A stretch of DNA of 64,000 nucleotides. It comes from an uncultured Methanosarcinales archaeon (lineage in GTDB: Archaea > Halobacteriota > Methanosarcinia > Methanotrichales > Methanotrichaceae). The stretch is from assembly GCA_963843555.1 (NCBI GenBank), contig CAWJKV010000010.1, forward strand, positions 1 through 64,000. Reading direction: 5' to 3'. Positions 10,325-20,083 of this stretch are shown piece after piece. Each line of letters begins with the position of its first letter. Within the stretch, counting starts at the first letter, position 1. A program made the position numbers and the translations under genes. The notes beneath the pieces were generated by a model that saw nothing but the letters and a program-made list of their open reading frames with translations, did not search any database and was not told the DNA's origin.

Positions 10325-11215
10325 TTACTCAAGCACTTTATGCAAGGGAAATTGATGGATACCGAGCTTTCCTTCGTAATTGGCCGCCGTTATCTTCAGA
10401 ATGCCGGGCACATGGCACGCTGCATTGATGCCTGCCTTCATGGCCATTTGAATGGCATCCTGGCTCACGCCGTTGATTACGATCTCATAGACGCTGGAGA
10501 CATCCTCAGCCAGTGTGCAGACATTGTCCGATCGCAGCGAAGTGCAGAAGACTGTGTTGGTGGAAGCCTTGAGGAACTTATATTTGGAGCCAACTTTGGA
10601 GCCGCTGGACACAATGCCACCCGGGAAAGGAGTAATAGTGCCCTTGAGTTTGCGAATGGCGTCCACTGCCGCCTCGGCCGCAGTCAGAGCTGCCATCTGG
10701 TTTTGGCCCAGTATCAGAAAATTACCGCCCGCAATTCCTTCTATTGCTCCAAAGCTCTGCTCGACGATGAAGTCACCGGACATGAGGGGTATCGTCCAGA
10801 CATTCCTTCCAAACATCTCAGCCTGCTTTTGGTAGCCGTCTCCAAAGAAGCTCAGCTTCTTGCCGGTATCAAACTGCTTTTCTGCATCCTTCATGCCGCT
10901 GAAGGCGGCCGCGGTGGGCGCGGTCAGAACGCACTGCCCCAGACGAAAAATCAGAGAGCTTTCCAGGTTCTTGTAACCCATATTGCATATCAGGATATTG
11001 ACCCCGGGCCTGCCATCGACGGTCTCGCTCCCGTCTACAATGCACTCGATACCCGCCTCTGCCGGACATCCTATGACTGACGTCCCAAATCCAGTCGCTT
11101 CGCGCGCCGCTTCCAGAGCCCAGTGCTCTGTTACAGCGGTGATTTGCACCCTTGCCATCTTTATGGGAAATGCTTCGGCAAAGGTGTCGTCTATTTGCAC
11201 ACCATTGATCTCCAT
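10325..11215 (-). CDS. ftr: Formylmethanofuran-tetrahydromethanopterin formyltransferase
   Basis: MEINGVQIDDTFAEAF, GFGTSVIGCPAEAGIE, TVDGRPG, PFPGGIVSSGSKVGSKY. Confidence 0.97.
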   Translation of the reverse strand: MEINGVQIDDTFAEAFPIKMARVQITAVTEHWALEAAREATGFGTSVIGCPAEAGIECIVDGSETVDGRPGVNILICNMGYKNLESSLIFRLGQCVLTAPTAAAFSGMKDAEKQFDTGKKLSFFGDGYQKQAEMFGRNVWTIPLMSGDFIVEQSFGAIEGIAGGNFLILGQNQMAALTAAEAAVDAIRKLKGTITPFPGGIVSSGSKVGSKYKFLKASTNTVFCTSLRSDNVCTLAEDVSSVYEIVINGVSQDAIQMAMKAGINAACHVPGILKITAANYEGKLGIHQFPLHKVLE

Positions 11216-11224
11216 AACATACCT

Positions 11225-11836
11225 CTACATCGGATTATAAACCGCCAGATCGAATCCATTCATTTGCGCATCGGCGCCCGCCATGGCTGCCGCTGCGCAG
11301 ACAGGCCTCTCAAAGTCCAGGTCATAGGCTTGTCGGGCGATTTCGCCTGCATTCTTTCCGTCAAAGGAGACTGCTTCGAAATCGGTCTTCTCATAGGTCG
11401 CGACCAGAAAGGCCCGGGTCTCTGCAAGCTTGAATTCGTGGACTCGAAACTCATCTCTCCTGGCAATCCCCAGCCACGCTTTATCCCGTCGCACCGCGCC
11501 TGCGATGCGAGGAGTGTCCAGCTCGTCCCGCTCATAGCCATAAGCTACCAGGCTCAGGGCGATGGCATCACCGGGCTTCTGTCCGTCATCGATCCTCTCC
11601 AGGATCATGTCCGCTTGCGTGCCATTCGCTACAACTGCCACATCATCAACCACGCGGATGCAGTTATAGGCGATGTAGGGATTCCTTGCCAGGTCCGCCG
11701 GGTCTCTTGGCGAGACGAGTATGCTTTTGTTGCGCACTTCTGCACTACGATTAGGAAAAGAGCGGGAGGAGACTCTGTAGGCGACAAAACTCCTTCCCTG
11801 GACACGGCCTACTACCACGATTCGGCCTACATACAT
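11225..11836 (-). CDS. purO: Archaeal IMP cyclohydrolase
   Basis: MYVGR, YRVSSRSFPNR, NPYIAYNC, DTPRIAG. Confidence 0.95.
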   Translation of the reverse strand: MYVGRIVVVGRVQGRSFVAYRVSSRSFPNRSAEVRNKSILVSPRDPADLARNPYIAYNCIRVVDDVAVVANGTQADMILERIDDGQKPGDAIALSLVAYGYERDELDTPRIAGAVRRDKAWLGIARRDEFRVHEFKLAETRAFLVATYEKTDFEAVSFDGKNAGEIARQAYDLDFERPVCAAAAMAGADAQMNGFDLAVYNPM

Positions 11837-11838
11837 CT

Positions 11839-12714
11839 CTAGTCAACCAGCTTGAACTTGGCGATGTTCGCATCCGCCTGGTCTTGAATCTGCTTTAACG
11901 TATCCTCGCAGTCGGACTTCTTGAAGAGGTGCTTATAGCGGCCCTGGATCTTCAGATACTCCTGTACCGGCTTTGGCCGGCGAACTTTCTTCACATCAAC
12001 CAGCTCTCCGTTGACGTATTCTGTGAGGGGCCATAGACCCGTCTCGACAGCCAGGCGCGCCAGTTCGATCATTGTGCCGGCGTCAAAGGTCCAGCCGGTG
12101 ATGCAGGGCGCATTGACCTGAATATAAGACGGCCCGTTTACCTGCAGAGCCTCCTTGACCTTTCTTCTCAGATCGACGGGATAGGCCACTGAGGCCGTGG
12201 CCACATAGGGCACTTTATGGGCCAGGGCAATGGCAGGCATATCCTTCTTTGGCCTTGGGTTTCCCCGAGATTCAGAACCTGAGGGTGTGGTGGTCGTTTG
12301 GGCGCAGAAGGGCGTGGAGCCGCTGCGCTGCACTCCGGTGTTCATATAGGCCTCATTGTCGTAGCAGACATAGAGCATCTTGTGGCCGCGTTCGAACATC
12401 CCGGAGTTTGAGCCCATGCCGATATCGAAGGTGCTTCCGTCTCCGCCTATCACTACCAGGTTGGTATCCTGGTGGCGGCGTTTGAGCATAACCTCAACGC
12501 CCGATGCAACTGCTGCAGCATTCTCGAATAAGGAGTGAATCCAGGGAACACACCAGGCGCTCTCCGGGAAGGGCGTGGTGGTAACCTCCAGGCAGCTCGT
12601 GGGCGAGACCACGATGGTATTTGGTCCGGCTGCATCGAGTACCAGCCTGATGGTGGTAGGCATAGCGCATCCCGCGCAGGCCCTGTGACCTGGTGCCAGC
12701 AAAGATTTTTCCAT
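11839..12714 (-). CDS. porB: Pyruvate:ferredoxin oxidoreductase beta subunit
   Basis: GHRACAGC, GGDG TPP motif, YDNEAYMNTGVQRS. Confidence 0.93.
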   Translation of the reverse strand: MEKSLLAPGHRACAGCAMPTTIRLVLDAAGPNTIVVSPTSCLEVTTTPFPESAWCVPWIHSLFENAAAVASGVEVMLKRRHQDTNLVVIGGDGSTFDIGMGSNSGMFERGHKMLYVCYDNEAYMNTGVQRSGSTPFCAQTTTTPSGSESRGNPRPKKDMPAIALAHKVPYVATASVAYPVDLRRKVKEALQVNGPSYIQVNAPCITGWTFDAGTMIELARLAVETGLWPLTEYVNGELVDVKKVRRPKPVQEYLKIQGRYKHLFKKSDCEDTLKQIQDQADANIAKFKLVD

Positions 12715-12727
12715 TTTCTTGAGCCTC

Positions 12728-13945
12728 CTAAAGAATCTCCTCTCTAAGATCGAGGAACTCGAACTCGGATTTTATTCCCTTGCGGGCAGCTTCAGCCTTC
12801 TCCACGATCTTCATGATGTCCTTGATAGTGATGTCGCGACCGCCCAGGCCGGCTGCGAAACCGATAATTGGGGTGTGAATATTGCTATTGTAGAACGCCG
12901 CTTTGAGATCGGTCACGAGACCTGCTTCGTTGCCTATGGAGACATCCTTCTCCACGACTGCGATTACACTTGCATCTTTCAGGGCCTTGCGCAGGGCCAG
13001 AACTGGGAATGGCCTGTAGCTTCTGACCTTGACCAGGCCTACTTTCTTGCCCTCAGATCGCATTTCATCAATGGCGTCCTTGATGGTACCTATGACCGAG
13101 CCCATGGTAACCAGTACCACCTCAGCATCTTCTGCGTAATAGCTGTCTACGAGCCCGCCATAATTCCGACCGAATGTCTCCTCGAACTCTCTGGCCACCA
13201 ACTCGATCTTGCCGAGTGCTTTTTGCTGAGCCTCGAACTGCTGATAGCGGAACTCGGTGTAAGTGGAGGGATCGGCGAAGGCTCCAAAGGTCTTGGGGTT
13301 GGCCGGGTCCAGAATATCGGCCGGCTGGAAAGCGGGCAGGAACTCCCGGGCCATTTCCTTGTCCAGAAGCTCCACCGGCTCATAGACGTGCGTCAGGATG
13401 AACCCATCCATGCAGACCATGATGGGGGTCCTGATCTCGGCACTTTCTGCGATCTTGTAGGCTTGAAGCGTGGCATCAACTGCTTCCTGCACATCCTCCA
13501 CATAGATTTGCAGCCATCCTACATCGCGGGCTCCTATGGAATCCTGTTGATCGTTCCAGATGTTCAGCGGCGCGCCCAAGGCACGATTGGCCACATTCAT
13601 GACGATGGGCAGCCTCATGCCGGAAACGTTGTAGAGAACCTCATACATCAGGGCCAGACCCTGGCTGGTGGTCGAGGAGTAGCTTCTAGCACCGCAGGCG
13701 CTGGAGCCGACCAAGACGGACAGGGCTGAGAATTCGGAATCAACCGTCAAGAATTCACTATCAAGCTCACCATCAGCCACCATCTGGGAGAGGTTCTCCA
13801 CGATATGGGTCTGAGGCGTTATGGGATAGGCCGAGATCACATCCGGCCGGCAGCACATAACTGCGTGGGCCACAGCATAAGAGCCCTCCACCACTTTCAT
13901 ATTGGCAGTATTCCGGCTCTTACCTGAATCGTTTCCTTTGCTCAT
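12728..13945 (-). CDS. porA: Pyruvate:ferredoxin oxidoreductase alpha subunit
   Basis: AYPITPQTHIVE, TSSQGL-like motif, GLGGRD; ATG at 13945. Confidence 0.93.
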   Translation of the reverse strand: MSKGNDSGKSRNTANMKVVEGSYAVAHAVMCCRPDVISAYPITPQTHIVENLSQMVADGELDSEFLTVDSEFSALSVLVGSSACGARSYSSTTSQGLALMYEVLYNVSGMRLPIVMNVANRALGAPLNIWNDQQDSIGARDVGWLQIYVEDVQEAVDATLQAYKIAESAEIRTPIMVCMDGFILTHVYEPVELLDKEMAREFLPAFQPADILDPANPKTFGAFADPSTYTEFRYQQFEAQQKALGKIELVAREFEETFGRNYGGLVDSYYAEDAEVVLVTMGSVIGTIKDAIDEMRSEGKKVGLVKVRSYRPFPVLALRKALKDASVIAVVEKDVSIGNEAGLVTDLKAAFYNSNIHTPIIGFAAGLGGRDITIKDIMKIVEKAEAARKGIKSEFEFLDLREEIL

Positions 13946-14202
13946 CACTTCTCCTCCAGGACCATTGTAATTGCCAAGCGTGGGCACTCATGAGCGCACA
14001 CGCTGCAGCCCTTGCAGTAATCCAGGTCGGGCACAAATTGTCCCTCTTCCTGGTGGATACAGCCCTCGGGGCAATAGATCTCGCAGAGACTGCATTTTAT
14101 GCATTTCTCATGATCAAATACGGGCACGAAAGTCCGCCAGGCACCGGTCTTCGTTGCACGGGTGCTACACGGATCTACCAATCTCCCTGCCTTTATTTCC
14201 AT
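13945..14202 (-). CDS. porD: Pyruvate:ferredoxin oxidoreductase delta subunit (2x4Fe-4S)
   Basis: KTGAWRTF; CIKCSLCEIYCP; YCKGCSVCAHECP. Confidence 0.93.
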   Translation of the reverse strand: MEIKAGRLVDPCSTRATKTGAWRTFVPVFDHEKCIKCSLCEIYCPEGCIHQEEGQFVPDLDYCKGCSVCAHECPRLAITMVLEEK

Positions 14203-14738
14203 CAGATAACCCTCTCGTAAGCCGCTTTAATGGCGAGCAGGTTCTTCCTGCCTAGCTCTCCCTTGAAGCGATCGGAGATGGCTTTATTAAGGCTCTCCAG
14301 ACCCACCTCTTTGCTAGCTCCACAAAATGCACCCAGCATGGTAGTATTGACGATAGGCCTTCCCAGGATCTCCATGGCGATCTTGGTGGCGTCGATGGTG
14401 ATTACCTCGGCCTTTGTATCGAGCTTGAGCATTTCACGGGACCGATCGGTGTTTATTATTATCTTGCCGTCCGATTTAAGTCCGCCAGCCACATTGACGA
14501 CATCAAGTAAGGTAACATCCTGCACAATGACGTAATCAGGCTCATAGATCTGGCTTCTGATTCTAATGGGCTGGTCGGCGATTCTGGCAAATGCCATTAC
14601 CGGCGCCCCCCTACGTTCTACTCCAAAGGCCGGAAATGCCTGGGAGAACCTCTTGTCCTCAAAAGCCGCAACGGCTATCATCTCGGCCGCCGTGACAGAT
14701 CCCTGACCGCCACGACCATGTAAGCGTATTTCCTTCAA
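14202..14738 (-). CDS. porG: Pyruvate:ferredoxin oxidoreductase gamma subunit
   Basis: [14 protein letters not shown] and [13 protein letters not shown] start at 14738 with a GGAGG RBS. Confidence 0.93.
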   Translation of the reverse strand: MKEIRLHGRGGQGSVTAAEMIAVAAFEDKRFSQAFPAFGVERRGAPVMAFARIADQPIRIRSQIYEPDYVIVQDVTLLDVVNVAGGLKSDGKIIINTDRSREMLKLDTKAEVITIDATKIAMEILGRPIVNTTMLGAFCGASKEVGLESLNKAISDRFKGELGRKNLLAIKAAYERVI

Positions 14739-14899
14739 GGGCTGACCTCCTATATTTGCGGGCTGATCTCCTCTTCCACGCGGAAAAGAGATGAGTAAAT
14801 ATAGCTCTTTCGGAGCCACGGCAAGTTCTTATGTATGATGCTCTTCTTCTGTAGAGTTCAAGCCGCCGGAGCCAGACTCTGGCATATGAAGGGCAGCCT

Positions 14900-15583
14900 A
14901 TGGATAACAAGAACGAAATACTCTTTGCGGCCCGAGAAGCCAAGAGGATCCTTGGGGATTGCGCGGACTTTCGCGTCGCAGATGTGCTGGCGATCTTAGA
15001 AGGCATCGCGCCTTTCCTGGACAAGGAAGTCATCATTGAATTGAAGTGCAAAGGCTGTGATAATTATTCGTCTGCATCATTTCCTTTGAGCAAAGACTTC
15101 TGTATGGTGGAAGATAGCGATCATTGCCATGCAAGAGATGTATCTCTCAAGAATCTAACTGCCATCAAGCTCGCCGGCTGCCCCCAATATTCAGATAAGG
15201 AGCAGGTGGATCTGGCGAATCTGGGCCGGGCCATAATGGAGGAGGACCTTCGGCCTGCCTTCAGTGAACGCAAGCTCTATGATCGAAGCAAATTTGCCAG
15301 CTATAGCGTGGCCTTCAGAATGCTGTCCAACCCGGGAAATGTCTGCATCGAGTTTGGGCATAGAACGGATGAAGGATTTGCTTGCAGCGATATCAAGCTC
15401 TGCATCTTGAGGAGATTGGACCCCGGATTTGGTGCCGCAGACTCCCAAAAGATATCAGAGGCCATGAAGACAGGTCATATCATGGTGGTGAAGGCCGGCC
15501 TACAGACCCGAAGGCAATTGGATATCGACTACATGCTGGAATGGATTGCTAAAAAGCGAAAGATGGATATAGTATATCTCTAG
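14900..15583 (+). CDS. Hypothetical protein
   Basis: 227 aa Cys-containing ORF; no family recognised. Confidence 0.6.
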   Translation: MDNKNEILFAAREAKRILGDCADFRVADVLAILEGIAPFLDKEVIIELKCKGCDNYSSASFPLSKDFCMVEDSDHCHARDVSLKNLTAIKLAGCPQYSDKEQVDLANLGRAIMEEDLRPAFSERKLYDRSKFASYSVAFRMLSNPGNVCIEFGHRTDEGFACSDIKLCILRRLDPGFGAADSQKISEAMKTGHIMVVKAGLQTRRQLDIDYMLEWIAKKRKMDIVYL

Positions 15584-15633
15584 CTTTATTTTAGATTTAG
15601 CCGATAATTGATAATTAAAGGATGTTTTAGACA

Positions 15634-17443
15634 ATGGCGCAACCGTTAGTGCCAGATACCAGTGTGGTAATAGACGGCAGGGTTTCTGCGAGGATCAAAG
15701 CAGGAGAGCTCCAGGGCCGGAGGATCGTTGTGCCCGAAGCAGTGGTTGCGGAGCTGGAAGCGCAGGCCAACCACGGGCGAGAAATTGGTTTAAGAGGATT
15801 GGAGGAATTAAGAAAGCTCTCAGAGCTTGCTAAGATGGGCAAGATCGAACTGGAATACGTGGGCATCAGGCCGAACCTGGACCAGATCAAGCTTGCAGGT
15901 GGAGGAGAGATAGATGCCATGATCAGGGATGTAGCCCTCGAACTTGGGGCATCTTTTCTCACCAGTGACCAGGTCCAGTCCCGAGTGGCTGAGGCCATGG
16001 GGCTGGACGTGGAGTATGTCCGCCCCCAGCGCGAGCCTATCAAGCCTTTATCTCTGGATAGGTACTTCACAGAGGATACTCTCTCCGTTCACCTCAAGGA
16101 GAATGCGCTGCCCATGGCCAAACGCGGCCGTGTGGGTGACTTCTCCCTGATAAGATTGGGCGAGCGGCCCCTATCCGAGAGGGAGCTTAGAGACCTCTCC
16201 AGGGAGATCTACGAGCGAGCCAAGGCGGATCCAGAAGGATTTATCGAGATGGAGAAGATAGGTGCCGCCATAATCCAGATCGGGCCTATGAGAATCGCCA
16301 TAGCCAAGCCTCCGTTCTCCGATGGCCTGGAGATAACCGCAGTCAGGCCAGTGGCCAAGGTGAGCTTTGATTCTTACCGGCATAATGCGATGCTCAAGAC
16401 ACGGCTCAAGGAGGGCCAGAGAGGAATTCTAATCGCCGGGCCGCCGGGTTCGGGCAAGTCCACATTTGCGGCCGGTATTGCCGAGTATCTTCTTAACTGC
16501 AACTATGTGGTCAAGACGCTGGAATCGCCTCGCGATCTGCAGGTCCCTCCCGAGATCACCCAGTACGGGCCTCTGGAGGGCAGTATGGAAGCCTCGGCTG
16601 ATATTTTGCTGCTGGTTAGACCGGACTACACCATTTACGATGAGGTCAGAAAGACGCGCGACTTCCAGGTCTTCGCAGACATGCGGCTCGCCGGTGTGGG
16701 CATGATTGGTGTGGTGCATGCCAACAAGCCCATAGATGCCCTGCAGCGGCTCCTGGGCAGGGTCGACATGGGCATGATACCGCAGGTCGTGGACACCGTG
16801 GTCTTCATCGAGAAGGGTGAGGTCACCAAAGTCCTGGATGTGGAGTTTGTGGTCAAGGTTCCATCGGGCATGGTGGAAGCGGACCTGGCCCGGCCGGTGA
16901 TTGTGGTCAAGGACTTTGAGACAGGTCTTGCCGAGTACGAGATGTACACTTATGGCGACGAGATCGTGGTCATGCCAGTATCCAAAGAGGGTAAGAAGCC
17001 TTCCTGGAAGCTGGCAAGCCGCGAGATCGAGAAGGAGATATCCCATCATGTGCGAGGGCCCTTCAAGGTGGAGATGCTTACCGACTCCAGCGCCGTCATA
17101 CATGTTCCTCAGGATGAGGCGGCAAGAGTGATAGGGAAGGCCGGCAAGAACATCGACCAGATTGAGAAGAACCTGGGGATGCATATTGACGTCCGGACCA
17201 AGGATGAGCCCGACCTTCCTGTACCCAAGATGGAGGAGACAGCGAAGCACATCATCATCTGGCTGGAAGGCATGGCTGGGGAGTCGGTGGACGTCTGCGC
17301 TGGGCGAGGAGCCGGTGTTTACTGCCACCGTGGGCCGCAGAGGAGACATCCGGGTCGCCAAATCATCGGAGATGGCGAAAAAAATTCTGAAGCAATTGAA
17401 GAAGGGAGAGAAGATCGGGGTGCAGCGGGCGGGGCCTGAATGA
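15634..17443 (+). CDS. PIN-domain/VirB11-like ATPase with KH domain (PINA family); frameshift near 17305
   Basis: VPDTSVVIDG PIN start; Walker A GPPGSGKST; IGKAG KH motif; conserved tail FTATVGRRGDIRV is in another frame. Confidence 0.9.
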
Positions 17444-17595
17444 GCTCTTTCTTCGGCCACAGCTCATCAGTCTGCCATCTCATTTTTCGATTCCTTCTTC
17501 TGGTTTCAGTCTCCCGGGTGGGCGAAAGCGCCAGGTTTATGTTCCTAAATACGAGACCAGCGCTTAATTGTTTTCAGACTAAAGGGAGGCTTATC

Positions 17596-18147
17596 ATGAA
17601 TTGGATGAACTATCTGGCTATCATTTTGCTTTCTGTCTTCCTGGCAGCAAACGCTGTTGCCCAGGAAATCGATCCACTGGGGTCCGCCACCGATGCCGCA
17701 GCGAAGGTGGACGTTGGAGAGACCATGGCGGATGATCTCTTTAATCCCCCGCAGGATCAGAAAGGCAGTGCTACGCCTGTGTTAACGGGAAGAAATGTGC
17801 CTGAAAGCCTGGGGTCCTCACAGCCCAAGGCACGCCTTTTGAGCCCCTCGAACAAATGGCATCTGGATCTGCGGGACACCGCGGATAGAGTCGTCGAGCT
17901 GGAGATGTATCAGTCAAACGATGTCATATTTGGCAAGGGCACAATAGCGGTAGGAGGCGATGCTCGGAATGTCACCGCAACCGGGACCACCACAGGAAAT
18001 AAACTGAATCTGGATATTCTCACCGACGAGCTCTCACTCTTCCGCCTCGCGCTGACTATGAATGGAAAATCTCTGTCGGGAGACTATCATATTTACAGTG
18101 CAAGTTATGTGCCCGGGAAGGGGATTGCCATGGGAAAGATCAGCTAG
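17596..18147 (+). CDS. Secreted protein with C-terminal beta-rich domain
   Basis: ATG at 17596 after GGAGG; signal peptide; paralog of 2339-2968. Confidence 0.75.
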   Translation: MNWMNYLAIILLSVFLAANAVAQEIDPLGSATDAAAKVDVGETMADDLFNPPQDQKGSATPVLTGRNVPESLGSSQPKARLLSPSNKWHLDLRDTADRVVELEMYQSNDVIFGKGTIAVGGDARNVTATGTTTGNKLNLDILTDELSLFRLALTMNGKSLSGDYHIYSASYVPGKGIAMGKIS

Positions 18148-18319
18148 AACCTGCGTTTTCATTTTTTGACGCTATTTGTCGTATAACCATTAAGCTTATC
18201 AACTAATAAATTTCATAGCAAATGCGAATGGGGCACCAAAATAACATACAGACGGTCAACTTACCAGAGAACTGCATCCATTCATAAGGATTCAATCCAT
18301 TTGAGAAGGTCGAGATGTC

Positions 18320-19040
18320 ATGAGATTTAAAGTGTTAATACTATCATCAATGCTTTTCATTGCCTTTCTGGCGATGACGGCTCTTTGCGCTGATTGGGCA
18401 AATCAGCAGTCTTTAACTGCGGATCAGTTGCTTGAAGGAGGGGAGGAGATTGTTCTTATACCGCCGCCAGGACAGGCGGCAACTCCCCAGCTATCCAGAG
18501 AGGCACAAAAGAATAAGAGCTCGCAGAATTGGGACCATGCCCAACACTCTTTCCGCAGGCGGAAAGACTCCCTGGGCCTCCCGGGATCAGGCCGAGGCGT
18601 CATCCAGTGACGCCGCAGAAGATGTGACTTCAGCAACACAGACCACCACTTCCGGTGAAGAAGCAACCCCAACGGAAACATCGGAGCTGCCGCCATCCCA
18701 AACAGCATCCGAGTCAGTCCCGGCATCTCTGGGCGGAAGCTGGTCCTTCACACTCAACGACAGCGTCCAGAGGGATCTGGCACTGACTCTCTTCCAGACG
18801 GATAGCAACCTCTTTGGGGCCGGCAAAATCAGAGAGGGCAACAACACCCTCGATGTGACGGTATCGGGATCGGTTCCGACGGATGAAACGGTGCAGTTGG
18901 ATGTAACCACAGCGAACCCAATCAGCCTCTATAAGCTCAATCTAACTCTAAATGGAGACATGGCCTCCGGAGACTACCAGGCATTCTCCCCCAGCGGGGA
19001 CTCCTGGAAGGGAAGCGTCGAGGGCCAGAAGATGGCTTAG
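18320..19040 (+). CDS. Secreted protein with Thr/Ser-rich linker and beta-rich domain; frameshift near 18530
   Basis: Signal peptide in ORF 18320-18610 continues into ORF 18432-19040 (SLGGSWSFTL...). Confidence 0.7.
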
Positions 19041-19055
19041 GTGTGAAGCAAACCA

Positions 19056-19095
19056 AGTGCCGGGAGTGAGACCGGCATTTGTGCAACTATTTTAT
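19056..19095 (+). terminator. Hairpin plus T-rich tract after 19040
   Basis: AAGTGCCGG-GAGTGAGA-CCGGCATTT followed by TATTTTATTT. Confidence 0.5.
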
Positions 19096-19126
19096 TTGCA
19101 ATAGCATTATTGTAATATTATTGCCA

Positions 19127-19557
19127 GAATAGCATTGCAGGGCAAGTAATTTTCTACCTGATCCCATGGCATCAAAGCAGCCAGCGTGTCGGATTGGCAG
19201 CTTGCCGCCCATAGAGATGTGTTCTTCGAAAGCAGTCATATTGCGGATGGCATCTCATGCGGGCGTGCGAATACTCGGGCGCGTGCTGGTGGTTGTGGTG
19301 CCGAAGTTACATGCCCTTGTCTCGCTGGCCGAGGCCCGTAGCAGAAGACCAGAATTTAGCGGAGATGGGATTGTCGGATCCTGACAGAGAGCCACTCCCT
19401 ATGGAGGCAAGCCCCGTCCTTCGCCCGGGGCTGCATCCGCCTCTCCCTTGCAAGTCTCTGCAATCCCTCGCAAGATGTGGCCCGGGTATTTCCTGGGCTT
19501 CTGCGGGGCTTCCTGATCTCATGCCTCGGCTGATACGCCAGACCCTGCAAGTTATTC
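19127..19557 (+). ncRNA. Candidate large structured non-coding RNA or MITE-like element (~430 nt)
   Basis: Terminal stem 19127-19142/19543-19557 plus more than 8 nested helices with G-U pairs on the + strand; overlapping ORFs look non-protein-like. Confidence 0.6.
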
Positions 19558-19786
19558 ATACTGCTATATACAACCTTCTCAAATCGGCCTGAATCATCTT
19601 CTGGCAGAGTCCTTATTCCACCCACTATGAGAATGAAGATCAAGTAGAACTGAGTGGTTGCTGATATCGATCAATTGATTGTACTGCTATCGATTCCGCA
19701 ATGTGGAATGTGGAGCAACGTTAGGCTTTTGAACTCAGTATGAGTGAGAAATTTCTTAGGTTCCATGCTGGCTCAAATTAGTTCTA

Positions 19787-19827
19787 ATCCTACTTCAAAT
19801 TTCTGATTAAGCTAGAAATCAGAAATT
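19787..19827. repeat. Palindromic site 1: ATCCTACTTCA + AATTTCTGATT-N8-AATCAGAAATT
   Basis: Perfect 11-bp arms 19798-19808/19817-19827; second copy at 23409-23449. Confidence 0.8.
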
Positions 19828-20083
19828 ATGATCGATAGCAACGGGACTATATCGCGTCGCGTCAGCTAGAGCCTGGACCCGGGCATATAAACAGGGCTCA
19901 TACATTGAAAATTAATACTCTAATTTTGCCATGTACTTGACCTTGAGATCGCATGTAGGCTTGCACATGAACTCACAGTTTCAATTAGATTCGGGACATT
20001 TAGGGACCTAAGGATCAGTAGACTGTTGGATGTTTAAAGTATTTAATATACATTGGGCGTCCTATTAATTAACGTGATGTATT

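Noticed and set aside
10274..17460. Long antisense ORFs (10274-11080, 11123-11842, 12719-13729, 16429-17460)
   Set aside because: Shadow frames of well-supported GC-rich genes.
19127..19557. RNase P or SRP RNA; also the short overlapping ORFs as genes
   Set aside because: No GAGGAAAGUCC P4 motif or SRP helix-8 motif on either strand; the ORFs lack recognisable protein features.
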